Positions 8,092 through 16,019 of a stretch of 64,000 nt of DNA are shown one piece after another. The position numbers and the translations under genes are program-made. A model generated the notes under the pieces. It worked only from the letters and a program-made list of their open reading frames with translations, had not been told where the DNA came from and did no database searches. The DNA comes from an uncultured Bacteroidales bacterium (GTDB lineage: Bacteria; Bacteroidota; Bacteroidia; Bacteroidales; UBA932). The stretch is from the NCBI GenBank assembly GCA_947588835.1, contig CANPZS010000005.1, forward strand, positions 6,741 through 70,740. Direction: 5' to 3'. How positions within the stretch are numbered: position 1 is the stretch's first letter; every line of letters begins with the position of its first letter.

Positions 8092-10217
8092 TTTACAAAA
8101 TTCGTGAAAAATTCGTTGTCCTTATCGTTTTATGTACGGCAAATCAACTGTCCGCACAAAGCGCCGACAGTCTTGATGTCGTTGATACATTGGACAATAG
8201 TATCATGACTCTGGATGAAGTCGTCGTTTCCGCGCCTTTAATCAGCCAGAACAAATACGGGAGCACCTATCTGATTACCGAGAGTCTGAGGGAAAAGGTC
8301 AGTTCTCCCGTTCAGATGTTGAATTACATTGACGGCGTGATATACAATGAGATTGACAATTCCGTCAAAGTCAGGACTGATTCGCGGGTGCTGCTGTCGG
8401 TCGACGGGATTGAGCGGGATCTCAATTACATTATGAGCCTGCCTCCTGCGCGTATAGCGAAAATAGAAATAAAGAACATACCCGAAGCGAAATATATCGC
8501 GGAAGGATATAAATATGTCATCAATTATAAATTGAAGAACGATTGGATCGGGCACTATTTATATGTGCAGAATTATGATATGCTGTCACCCGGCAACAAC
8601 GGGAAAAATGTCGTCGCGAATGAGCAGCCACGGATACAATACATGTTTACCGACAAGAAAATGGATTTTCATATAGGATATGGATTTGCGGACATTCATT
8701 GGAATTATCCCATATCATACGAAAAATCTTATTTCAACAAGATTGATGCCGCCTCCATCGAGGCCGGGCCAAAGAATCCTAACGACAATAACACAAATAT
8801 CGCACACAATCTTGCCGCCGGGATAGATTATCATATTTCACCCGGTCATACGATAGTGTGGAAAGCGAACTGGTTAAATTCCGATGCCGATCATATTGCA
8901 TCATATAATCGGCATGATGAACTTTCAGGCGGAACGTCATACGGCGAAACACAGCAGGACAAGTCCGATGATGAGGATTTCAGCACATCGCTCATATATA
9001 GAGGAATTATAAACGATAAGTGGACTTTATATTCGGCCGTCGGCTATAATTACATAGGACAGAGCACATTGAACAAATATGAGCAACTCGGCGGAGATAG
9101 CGGATATATTAGTGTGAGCAGATATGACAATCGGAAGAATTATGTACGGGGCGAAGCCGACGCGACATACAATGTCAATGACCGGCTGAGCTTCAATGCC
9201 GGCTACATAGGGACATGGAACGAATATCTCTCAAGACCGCTGAATTCTGATGGCGGGACATCACGGATCAATGAGAATCGGCAGCATGCGTATGCATATC
9301 TTGATTATTCTCCTGCTCCAAATGCGTTGCTTCACATGGGCGTGGGAGCCGAACGCATCAACAATGTCAGTAAATCATGGTATTGGCTTCCGCAAATGAC
9401 GTTCAGCTATGTCTTTTCGGAGAGCTCCCAATTGACGGTGGATTATTCGTCAAAGATAATATATCCAAAGATGTATCAGATTATTAAAACATCTTACGAT
9501 ATAGATGAGCATGTCGTTTTTAACGGGAATCCGGAATTGTCTCCTTCACGGGTCCATTCATTGTCCGTTCAAGGAACAGTCAAAGACAACCTTCTGGTGG
9601 GGGCGTCATACAACTATACCGACAATTATATAGCGGACTTATATACGGCCGACTCCGATAAAATAATAAAAAAATTTACAAATGCCGACAATCATTATTT
9701 CACAGGCTATATGGCCTATGATTGGAACATCACGGACAACATCTCATGGAGCAACATTGCGCAGGTCAGCTTTGAAGCCATATCCAATAATACATACAGG
9801 AAACAGTTCTACAACTTCTCGTTCAACAGCCAATTCAATTATTGGATAGACCCGATAAAGATGCAGACCTCCGTATCCTGGCAGCGCAATATGATAAAGG
9901 AACCTCTTCTTCAAGGCTGGAACAACATAGGACAGGATTATTGGATGCTGTCGCTGCAAAAAGGGTTTTGGAAGGACCGTATATATGCATCAATATCGTA
10001 TCTTCCTCCGATACATTTGGGAGTAAGGCCATTTCAATACAATGTCGTGGAAACCGACTTTTACAGACAGACCGTCAAACAAAACCTGAGGACGTATGAC
10101 AATATGGTCATGATCAGAATTCATTTCCGTTTATCTTCCGGCAGACAAAGGTCGTCAGACAGAGTTCCGGATTTCGAATTTGAAAATGAAGGGAAGAAAG
10201 ATAAAGGATTGCTTTAA
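8088..10217 (+). CDS. Outer-membrane beta-barrel family protein (plug + barrel)
   Basis: Signal peptide; LDEVVVSAP; LLSVDGIER...IAKIEI...VINYKLK plug-like region; FNGNPELSPS; beta-rich C-terminus. Confidence 0.75.
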   Translation: MIYKIREKFVVLIVLCTANQLSAQSADSLDVVDTLDNSIMTLDEVVVSAPLISQNKYGSTYLITESLREKVSSPVQMLNYIDGVIYNEIDNSVKVRTDSRVLLSVDGIERDLNYIMSLPPARIAKIEIKNIPEAKYIAEGYKYVINYKLKNDWIGHYLYVQNYDMLSPGNNGKNVVANEQPRIQYMFTDKKMDFHIGYGFADIHWNYPISYEKSYFNKIDAASIEAGPKNPNDNNTNIAHNLAAGIDYHISPGHTIVWKANWLNSDADHIASYNRHDELSGGTSYGETQQDKSDDEDFSTSLIYRGIINDKWTLYSAVGYNYIGQSTLNKYEQLGGDSGYISVSRYDNRKNYVRGEADATYNVNDRLSFNAGYIGTWNEYLSRPLNSDGGTSRINENRQHAYAYLDYSPAPNALLHMGVGAERINNVSKSWYWLPQMTFSYVFSESSQLTVDYSSKIIYPKMYQIIKTSYDIDEHVVFNGNPELSPSRVHSLSVQGTVKDNLLVGASYNYTDNYIADLYTADSDKIIKKFTNADNHYFTGYMAYDWNITDNISWSNIAQVSFEAISNNTYRKQFYNFSFNSQFNYWIDPIKMQTSVSWQRNMIKEPLLQGWNNIGQDYWMLSLQKGFWKDRIYASISYLPPIHLGVRPFQYNVVETDFYRQTVKQNLRTYDNMVMIRIHFRLSSGRQRSSDRVPDFEFENEGKKDKGLL

Positions 10218-10251
10218 TCCAAATTGTTTAACCATTTAATATTTTAGCAAC

Positions 10252-10434
10252 ATGTCAACAAAGACTAATGAAAGACTTGATTTTCTCTCAGAAGCAGAGC
10301 AAGTCAAAGTAATGGGTGGCACTTCAGAGACATCATCTCTAGAGAGCGAAATTTTTATCTATATTGTAAAAAATTGCGGGTGGAAAGATTGTAAGAAAAT
10401 TTGTACAATCAATCCTATACCGTTTGATCGTTAA
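10252..10434 (+). CDS. Third GG-leader peptide (Ser/Thr-rich linker, 3-Cys core)
   Basis: Leader LSEAEQVKVMGG fits the double-Gly consensus; core TSETSSLESEIFIYIVKNCGWKDCKKICTINPIPFDR; AT-rich 5' leader. Confidence 0.7.
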   Translation: MSTKTNERLDFLSEAEQVKVMGGTSETSSLESEIFIYIVKNCGWKDCKKICTINPIPFDR

Positions 10435-10480
10435 ATCAAACATTGGGCACGCATTGTGTAACTCATAGTAATTAACGATG

Positions 10481-10541
10481 AGGGATGCTTACTATAGAGA
10501 TGTATTGACAATTGCTCTCTTTTAAGCATTCCTTTTATTTT
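10481..10541 (+). terminator. Probable intrinsic terminator between convergent units
   Basis: AGGGATGCTTA (10481-10491) pairs with TAAGCATTCCT (10523-10533), followed by TTTATTTT. Confidence 0.5.
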
Positions 10542-10563
10542 GATAGAGGAGATAAAATAAATT

Positions 10564-11058
10564 CTAATGCCGTCCGCCAAACATTTTTCGCAAGATATTG
10601 CTTGATGATTGGACTATCAGAAAGTCCATGCTTTGATGTTCCGCCGTTTTCAGTTCATCAGTATTGAAACGGCATAGCGCTTCCTGTTGCCCTAAAGTAT
10701 CCCTGATGGAAGACAAGTGCAGCAGTGTTCCATCTATTGTACCACCGGCGGACTGCAGTCTGATCGTCAGGCCCTCGGCATCGTCTGGCCGTTTGTTTTC
10801 GAATTTGAGCAGGATTGTAGTTTCCGTGCTGTCCGACATATTGTCCGATCGTACGGCATGGATGATCGCTGTCCCCGGACATACTTGTTTGTACGGCAAA
10901 AAATAAGCTACGACGAATAGACAGGCCAGTACTGCCCCTATGACGGTTATTCCGTAACGGACAAGCGAAGAAGGGATCTGTCCCACTATACTGCGCACCT
11001 TTTCGCTGCGTAGTTCGAAAGTATGATCATTTTTATTCGTCATGTTTTCTTTCCCCAT
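10564..11058 (-). CDS. Short HlyD/membrane-fusion-protein-like accessory protein (about 164 aa)
   Basis: FELRSEKVRSIVGQIPSSLVRYGITVI plus a TM helix, typical of the Bacteroidetes HlyD N-terminus; no long coiled coil; ATG 1 nt after the ABC transporter stop. Confidence 0.7.
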   Translation of the reverse strand: MGKENMTNKNDHTFELRSEKVRSIVGQIPSSLVRYGITVIGAVLACLFVVAYFLPYKQVCPGTAIIHAVRSDNMSDSTETTILLKFENKRPDDAEGLTIRLQSAGGTIDGTLLHLSSIRDTLGQQEALCRFNTDELKTAEHQSMDFLIVQSSSNILRKMFGGRH

Positions 11059-11059
11059 A

Positions 11060-13273
11060 TCAATTTCCAAGTTCAAGCTGATTCCTTACCAATGCATAAT
11101 ATTTTCCTTTCTTCGCCGTCAGTTCTTCGTGCGTGCCTGTTTCAACGATTTTTCCTTTATCCAAAACCACAATCTGATCGGCATTTCGGACGGTCGAAAG
11201 ACGATGCGCAACTATGACAACGGTTTTTCCTATATAGAAATCAGACAGGTTTTCGGTGATGATCCGTTCATTGCCGGCGTCAAGAGCATTGGTGGCCTCG
11301 TCCAGAAATACGAACATCGGGTTCTTGTACACCACGCGGGCTATCAGTATTCGCTGCCTCTGCCCCTGACTTATGCCCTGTCCATCCTGACCTATTATAG
11401 TATTGTAACCTAACGGAAGATCTTCTATATAATCGGCAATATTCGCAATGCGTGCGGCATAACGTATTCGTTCGATGTCGGGTTCATCATCGGACACGGC
11501 GATATTGCGGGCGATAGTGTCGGAGAAGAGATATCCTTCCTGCATAACGGCTCCGCATTGATTTCTCCACCAACTTAGATTGTATTCGTTCAGATTGCCG
11601 TCTCCGACCCGTATGCAGCCGCACGATGGTTCATAGAATCCCAGAAGCAATTTGACAAGGGTGGTCTTTCCGCTCCCGCTTGCACCTACGATTGCAGTTA
11701 CTTTCCCGTTGGGGATATATAGGTTGATGTCGGAAAGTACATCCTGCGGGCTATAGAGATCGTATTTGAAGCAAAGTCCTCCGATATTGATCGAGTGTCC
11801 CTTGGACGTATCCTCGGTATAACTATTGCGTGTCCTGCCGTCGTTTTCCTCGTCGGTTTCAGTATGTATCTCGTTCATGCGGTCAAGGCTGATGCTTACA
11901 TCTTGCCAAGAGTAAATGAACCGGATCAGCTGCTCCACGGGGCCGTTGAGTTGTCCGATAATGTATTGCACCGCCAGCATCATGCCCAATGTCATGTCGC
12001 CGTGTATCACAGCCGTAGCCGCAAGGACGGTAATAAGAATGTTTTTAACTTCATTGATGGTGATGCTGCCCGCCTGTTGTATCTGCTGCAGGTTGAGAGA
12101 CTGGAGATTGACTTTGAAGAGGTCAGCCTGCACATCCTCCCATTCCCAGCGTTTCCGCTGTTCGCAGCCTTGCAGTTTGATTTCCTGCATGCCATCAATA
12201 AGATGATAGGTCACATTGCGGTTCTTTCCGGCCTGTTCGAAATATTTATAGTCGAGCTGACGGCGTTTCTTGAGGAACAGAACGATCCAGCACGCATATA
12301 GCGATGTACCGATAAGGAAAATAAGGAATATAAGCGGATTGTAGACAGCCAGAACGACGCCGAACACAATAAATGTGAAAAATGAAAATAGTACGGTCAA
12401 GCTGCCTGATGTTAGGAACTGCTCCACTCGTCGGTGGTCTTCTATACGCTGCAGTAGGTCACCCATCAACTTTGTATCAAAGAATTTCATCGGCAGTTTC
12501 ATCAACTTGATGAAGAAATCGCTGATAAGTGAAATATTGATACGCGCAGATATATGAAGGAGTATTTTGGATCGGATAAACTCAATGGCGGTGCGGCTGA
12601 ATAAAAGCATCATTTCCGCCAGCAGTACCAGCCAGATAAAACTTACGTCTTTTCCGCCGATGCCCGTATCCACGATGGCCTGAGTCAGGAAAGGAAAAAC
12701 GAGCTGCAGAAGCGAGCCAAGTAAAAGACCCAATATCAGCTGAATGAAGAAACGGCTGTATTTTTTGAGATAACTCCATAAAAAACTTAGGCGGTTTTTT
12801 CCCGAATGCTGTTTATTGTCCATTTGCGAATGAAACGGTTCGGCAGGTTCAAGCAGCAGAACGATGCCTTTCTCTTCGCCGTCCGTTTGAGTGCTTGCCC
12901 AATGCTCGCAGAATTCCTCCTTGTCGTATGTCATCATTCCCTTTCCAGGGTCCGCGACATACACCGTATATCCGCCGTTACGATGTTTCCGGATTTTATG
13001 GACAACGACAAAATGATTTTGGTTCCAATGAACGATGCATGGCAATGGAGCATCGGACGTGAGTGTGACAAATGTAATTTTTCCGCCAAGGCTTTTCATT
13101 CCCATTGCCTCCGCCGCCTTGCCTATGCCTAAAAGAGAAACACCGTCTTTTCCAAGAGAACATAATTTTCTAATCTGGTTCATATCAGGCCGTTTCCCAA
13201 AAAAAGAGACGATCATTGCCAGACATGCGGCTCCACAGTCCATGGAATCAAATTGTTTTATCAGCCGTATCAT
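11060..13273 (-). CDS. Peptidase C39-containing ABC transporter (GG-leader processing and export)
   Basis: QFDSMDCGAACL (Cys), HWNQNHFVV (His), VADPG (Asp); TM domain; GASGSGKT, SQGQRQR, LDEATNALD. Start moved to ATG 13273. Confidence 0.95.
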   Translation of the reverse strand: MIRLIKQFDSMDCGAACLAMIVSFFGKRPDMNQIRKLCSLGKDGVSLLGIGKAAEAMGMKSLGGKITFVTLTSDAPLPCIVHWNQNHFVVVHKIRKHRNGGYTVYVADPGKGMMTYDKEEFCEHWASTQTDGEEKGIVLLLEPAEPFHSQMDNKQHSGKNRLSFLWSYLKKYSRFFIQLILGLLLGSLLQLVFPFLTQAIVDTGIGGKDVSFIWLVLLAEMMLLFSRTAIEFIRSKILLHISARINISLISDFFIKLMKLPMKFFDTKLMGDLLQRIEDHRRVEQFLTSGSLTVLFSFFTFIVFGVVLAVYNPLIFLIFLIGTSLYACWIVLFLKKRRQLDYKYFEQAGKNRNVTYHLIDGMQEIKLQGCEQRKRWEWEDVQADLFKVNLQSLNLQQIQQAGSITINEVKNILITVLAATAVIHGDMTLGMMLAVQYIIGQLNGPVEQLIRFIYSWQDVSISLDRMNEIHTETDEENDGRTRNSYTEDTSKGHSINIGGLCFKYDLYSPQDVLSDINLYIPNGKVTAIVGASGSGKTTLVKLLLGFYEPSCGCIRVGDGNLNEYNLSWWRNQCGAVMQEGYLFSDTIARNIAVSDDEPDIERIRYAARIANIADYIEDLPLGYNTIIGQDGQGISQGQRQRILIARVVYKNPMFVFLDEATNALDAGNERIITENLSDFYIGKTVVIVAHRLSTVRNADQIVVLDKGKIVETGTHEELTAKKGKYYALVRNQLELGN

Positions 13274-13484
13274 TCTGTAAGGTATTCTAACGTTTTTCTT
13301 CAGAACTCCGGCGGGAAAGCCATAAAAGTTCGTGGGCGGAACAAATGCAAGTGTTTTAGGCAAAATAAGATGAATTTTTTATTTTTCCAAATGTTTTAAG
13401 AAGTATTCAACAGCCATATAAAGAATTAAATTTGCTCCTGTTTCCAAAAGCCCTTATCTTAGCAGGTCATGAAAAAAGTTGTTT

Positions 13485-16019
13485 ATGAATGACCTGATAA
13501 AGACAGCATCTTTGTCGTTGCTGCTGGCGGCGGCATTGTGCGCAGAAGCGTCCGCGCAGTCCGCGGCAAGAGAGAATTTCAATGCGGAATGGAAATTCAT
13601 AAAGGCGGATTGCGAAGAATTCGCCGAAGCCGGATATGACGATTCCGCATGGCGTACGCTTGACCTGCCTCACGACTGGGGCGTGGAAGGTCCTTTCGAA
13701 CAGATATATCCCGGGGAGACCGGCAAACTCGCATGGTGGGGCCGAGCATGGTACCGCAAACATTTCCGAAGCGAGGGGAACGGGGAATGCGTATTCCTCG
13801 ACATAGACGGCGCGATGTCGTTTTCCGAAGTGTGGTGCAACGGCGAGAAGGCCGGGGGAAGGCCGTACGGATACGCCTCCTACCGCGTCGATCTGAGCCC
13901 GTTCGTCAAAGAAGGCGACAATGTCATAGCCATACGGCTCGACAACCCCGAAAATTCCAGCCGGTGGTATCCCGGCGGCGGCATATACCGCAACGTGTGG
14001 CTTCTCCGCACGGGGAAAACGGGCATAGCGCATTGGGGGACTTTCGTCACCACCCCGGAAGTGTCGTCCGACAAGGCTCTCGTGCATATGCGTACGGAAC
14101 TGCGCAGCTGTTCAGAGGACAAGCCGTCAGGAACTCTCAGAACAAGCATATACAGGGTGGATCCGGTCAGCGGAAAGCCGTTCGGGGAAGCGGTGACCGG
14201 CATGGACACCGACATAAAGGAGATAACCGACGGCATGGAAATCATCCAGACCGCCTGCATATCCGGGCCGGCGCTGTGGACGACGGAGAAGCCGGAGCTC
14301 TACGCCGCGGTAAGCACACTTGAGACCTCCGGTTCGACGGCGGATGAATATACCACCGTATTCGGCATACGCACGGCGCGGTTCATGCCCGACGGGTTCT
14401 ACCTCAACGGGGAAAAGACTTTCATAAAAGGAGTCTGCCTGCATCATGACTGCGGCGCCCTCGGGGCCGTATGGAACGAATCCGCATGGGTGCGCAGGCT
14501 CAACATGCTGAAACAAATGGGATGCAACGGCATCCGTACCGCCCACAATCCTCCGGCGCCGGAGCTTCTGGACCTGTGCGACAGGATGGGATTCGTGGTG
14601 ATGGACGAGCTGACCGACACATGGACGGTGCCGAAGAAGCCCAACGGATACGCCCTTATTTTCGACGAATGGCACGAACGGGACCTCGAGGACCTTATCA
14701 GGCGCGACCGCAACCATCCTTCCGTCGTTCTCTGGAGCATAGGCAACGAAGTGGGAGAACAGGGATATGCGGACAAATGGCACATAGCCTACGAACTTAC
14801 GGAAGCGGCCCACAGGGCTGATCCTTCCAGGCAGACCGGATGCGGCAACGACAATCTTTGGGCGGCGGGGCAGGACTACAGGTTCACCGCCGACGTATAC
14901 GGATTCAACTACAAGCCGCACGCCTACGGGGAATTCCGCCTGAACAATCCTTTCACCCCGTTCATCGGCTCCGAGACATCGTCCTGCGTAAGTACGAGAG
15001 GCTGCTACATATTCCCGGTAGAGGACGACAAAAGCCGCGGCTGGGCCGACTTTCAGGTCAGCTCCTATGACTTGTACGCCCCCGGATGGGCTTCCTGCCC
15101 GGATTACGAATGGAGATACGAAGATCTCGTTCCCGAGGTCGGAGGAGAATTCGTGTGGACGGGTTTCGACTACTTAGGGGAGCCTACGCCTTACAACAAC
15201 GACTGGTCCATCCTTACGAATTTTCACGACCCGGAGGCCAAGGCCAAGGCGGAAGCCGAGCTGAAGGCCATGAAGGAGACACCCGCTCCGTCGCGCAGCT
15301 CGTATTTCGGCATAATCGACCTCGCAGGATTCCCGAAGGACAGGTATTATCTGTATCAGGCCAGATGGCGGCCCGAACTGCCCATGGCGCATATTCTCCC
15401 GCATTGGACATGGCCCGGACGCGAGGGGCGGACAACGCCGGTACACGTCTACACGTCGGGCGACAGCGCGGAACTGTTCATAAACGGCAAATCGCAGGGC
15501 GTCAGGACCAAGGGGCCGGGCGAATACCGCCTGCGCTGGGACGATGCCGTCTACGAGCCCGGGACGGTGAAGGCCGTGGCGTACAAGGACGGGAAAGTGT
15601 GGGCCGAAGACGAGGTCCATACCGTCGGCAAGCCACACAGGGTGGAGGCCGCCGCGGAGCGCGGCTCGGGGCCCGTCAGCGGTTTCGGAGGAGATAAAAA
15701 CCAGCCCGTCCCCCGCATAACGGACGACGGGCTGATCTTCATTGACGTCCGCGTCGCCGACAAGCAGGGAGACATAGTCCCCGATGCGGACAACCTGCTG
15801 GAGTTCAAGGTGTCCGGACCGGCTGAAATAGTGGCCTCGGACGCAGGGGACCCTACAAGCCATTCCGCGTTCGGCAGCCATGAGATAAAGGCCTTCCACG
15901 GTCTCGCCACCGTGATTCTGCGCCCCAAGGAGGACGAGACGGGGACCGTAGTCCTCTCGGTAAAGAGCCGAGGCCTCAAAGGCTGCAAAATAACCTTACC
16001 TATCGAAAACGAACAATAA
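13485..16019 (+). CDS. Glycoside hydrolase family 2 (beta-galactosidase-like)
   Basis: Signal peptide; LPHDW; GVCLHHD; WSIGNE (acid/base); GSET (nucleophile); GFDYLGEP. Confidence 0.92.
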   Translation: MNDLIKTASLSLLLAAALCAEASAQSAARENFNAEWKFIKADCEEFAEAGYDDSAWRTLDLPHDWGVEGPFEQIYPGETGKLAWWGRAWYRKHFRSEGNGECVFLDIDGAMSFSEVWCNGEKAGGRPYGYASYRVDLSPFVKEGDNVIAIRLDNPENSSRWYPGGGIYRNVWLLRTGKTGIAHWGTFVTTPEVSSDKALVHMRTELRSCSEDKPSGTLRTSIYRVDPVSGKPFGEAVTGMDTDIKEITDGMEIIQTACISGPALWTTEKPELYAAVSTLETSGSTADEYTTVFGIRTARFMPDGFYLNGEKTFIKGVCLHHDCGALGAVWNESAWVRRLNMLKQMGCNGIRTAHNPPAPELLDLCDRMGFVVMDELTDTWTVPKKPNGYALIFDEWHERDLEDLIRRDRNHPSVVLWSIGNEVGEQGYADKWHIAYELTEAAHRADPSRQTGCGNDNLWAAGQDYRFTADVYGFNYKPHAYGEFRLNNPFTPFIGSETSSCVSTRGCYIFPVEDDKSRGWADFQVSSYDLYAPGWASCPDYEWRYEDLVPEVGGEFVWTGFDYLGEPTPYNNDWSILTNFHDPEAKAKAEAELKAMKETPAPSRSSYFGIIDLAGFPKDRYYLYQARWRPELPMAHILPHWTWPGREGRTTPVHVYTSGDSAELFINGKSQGVRTKGPGEYRLRWDDAVYEPGTVKAVAYKDGKVWAEDEVHTVGKPHRVEAAAERGSGPVSGFGGDKNQPVPRITDDGLIFIDVRVADKQGDIVPDADNLLEFKVSGPAEIVASDAGDPTSHSAFGSHEIKAFHGLATVILRPKEDETGTVVLSVKSRGLKGCKITLPIENEQ

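Noticed and set aside
10252-10434. Lanthipeptide assignment for peptide 3
   Set aside because: Ser/Thr and Cys are present, but no LanB/C/M/KC gene is in the window.
13274-13363. 30-aa N-terminal extension of the ABC transporter in the ORF track
   Set aside because: Starts at a TTG; the C39 domain normally begins a few residues before QxxxxDCG, matching ATG 13273.
1-13460. Calling the island a mobile element
   Set aside because: Composition suggests horizontal origin, but no integrase, transposase, relaxase, tRNA target or terminal repeat is visible; the left boundary is outside the window.
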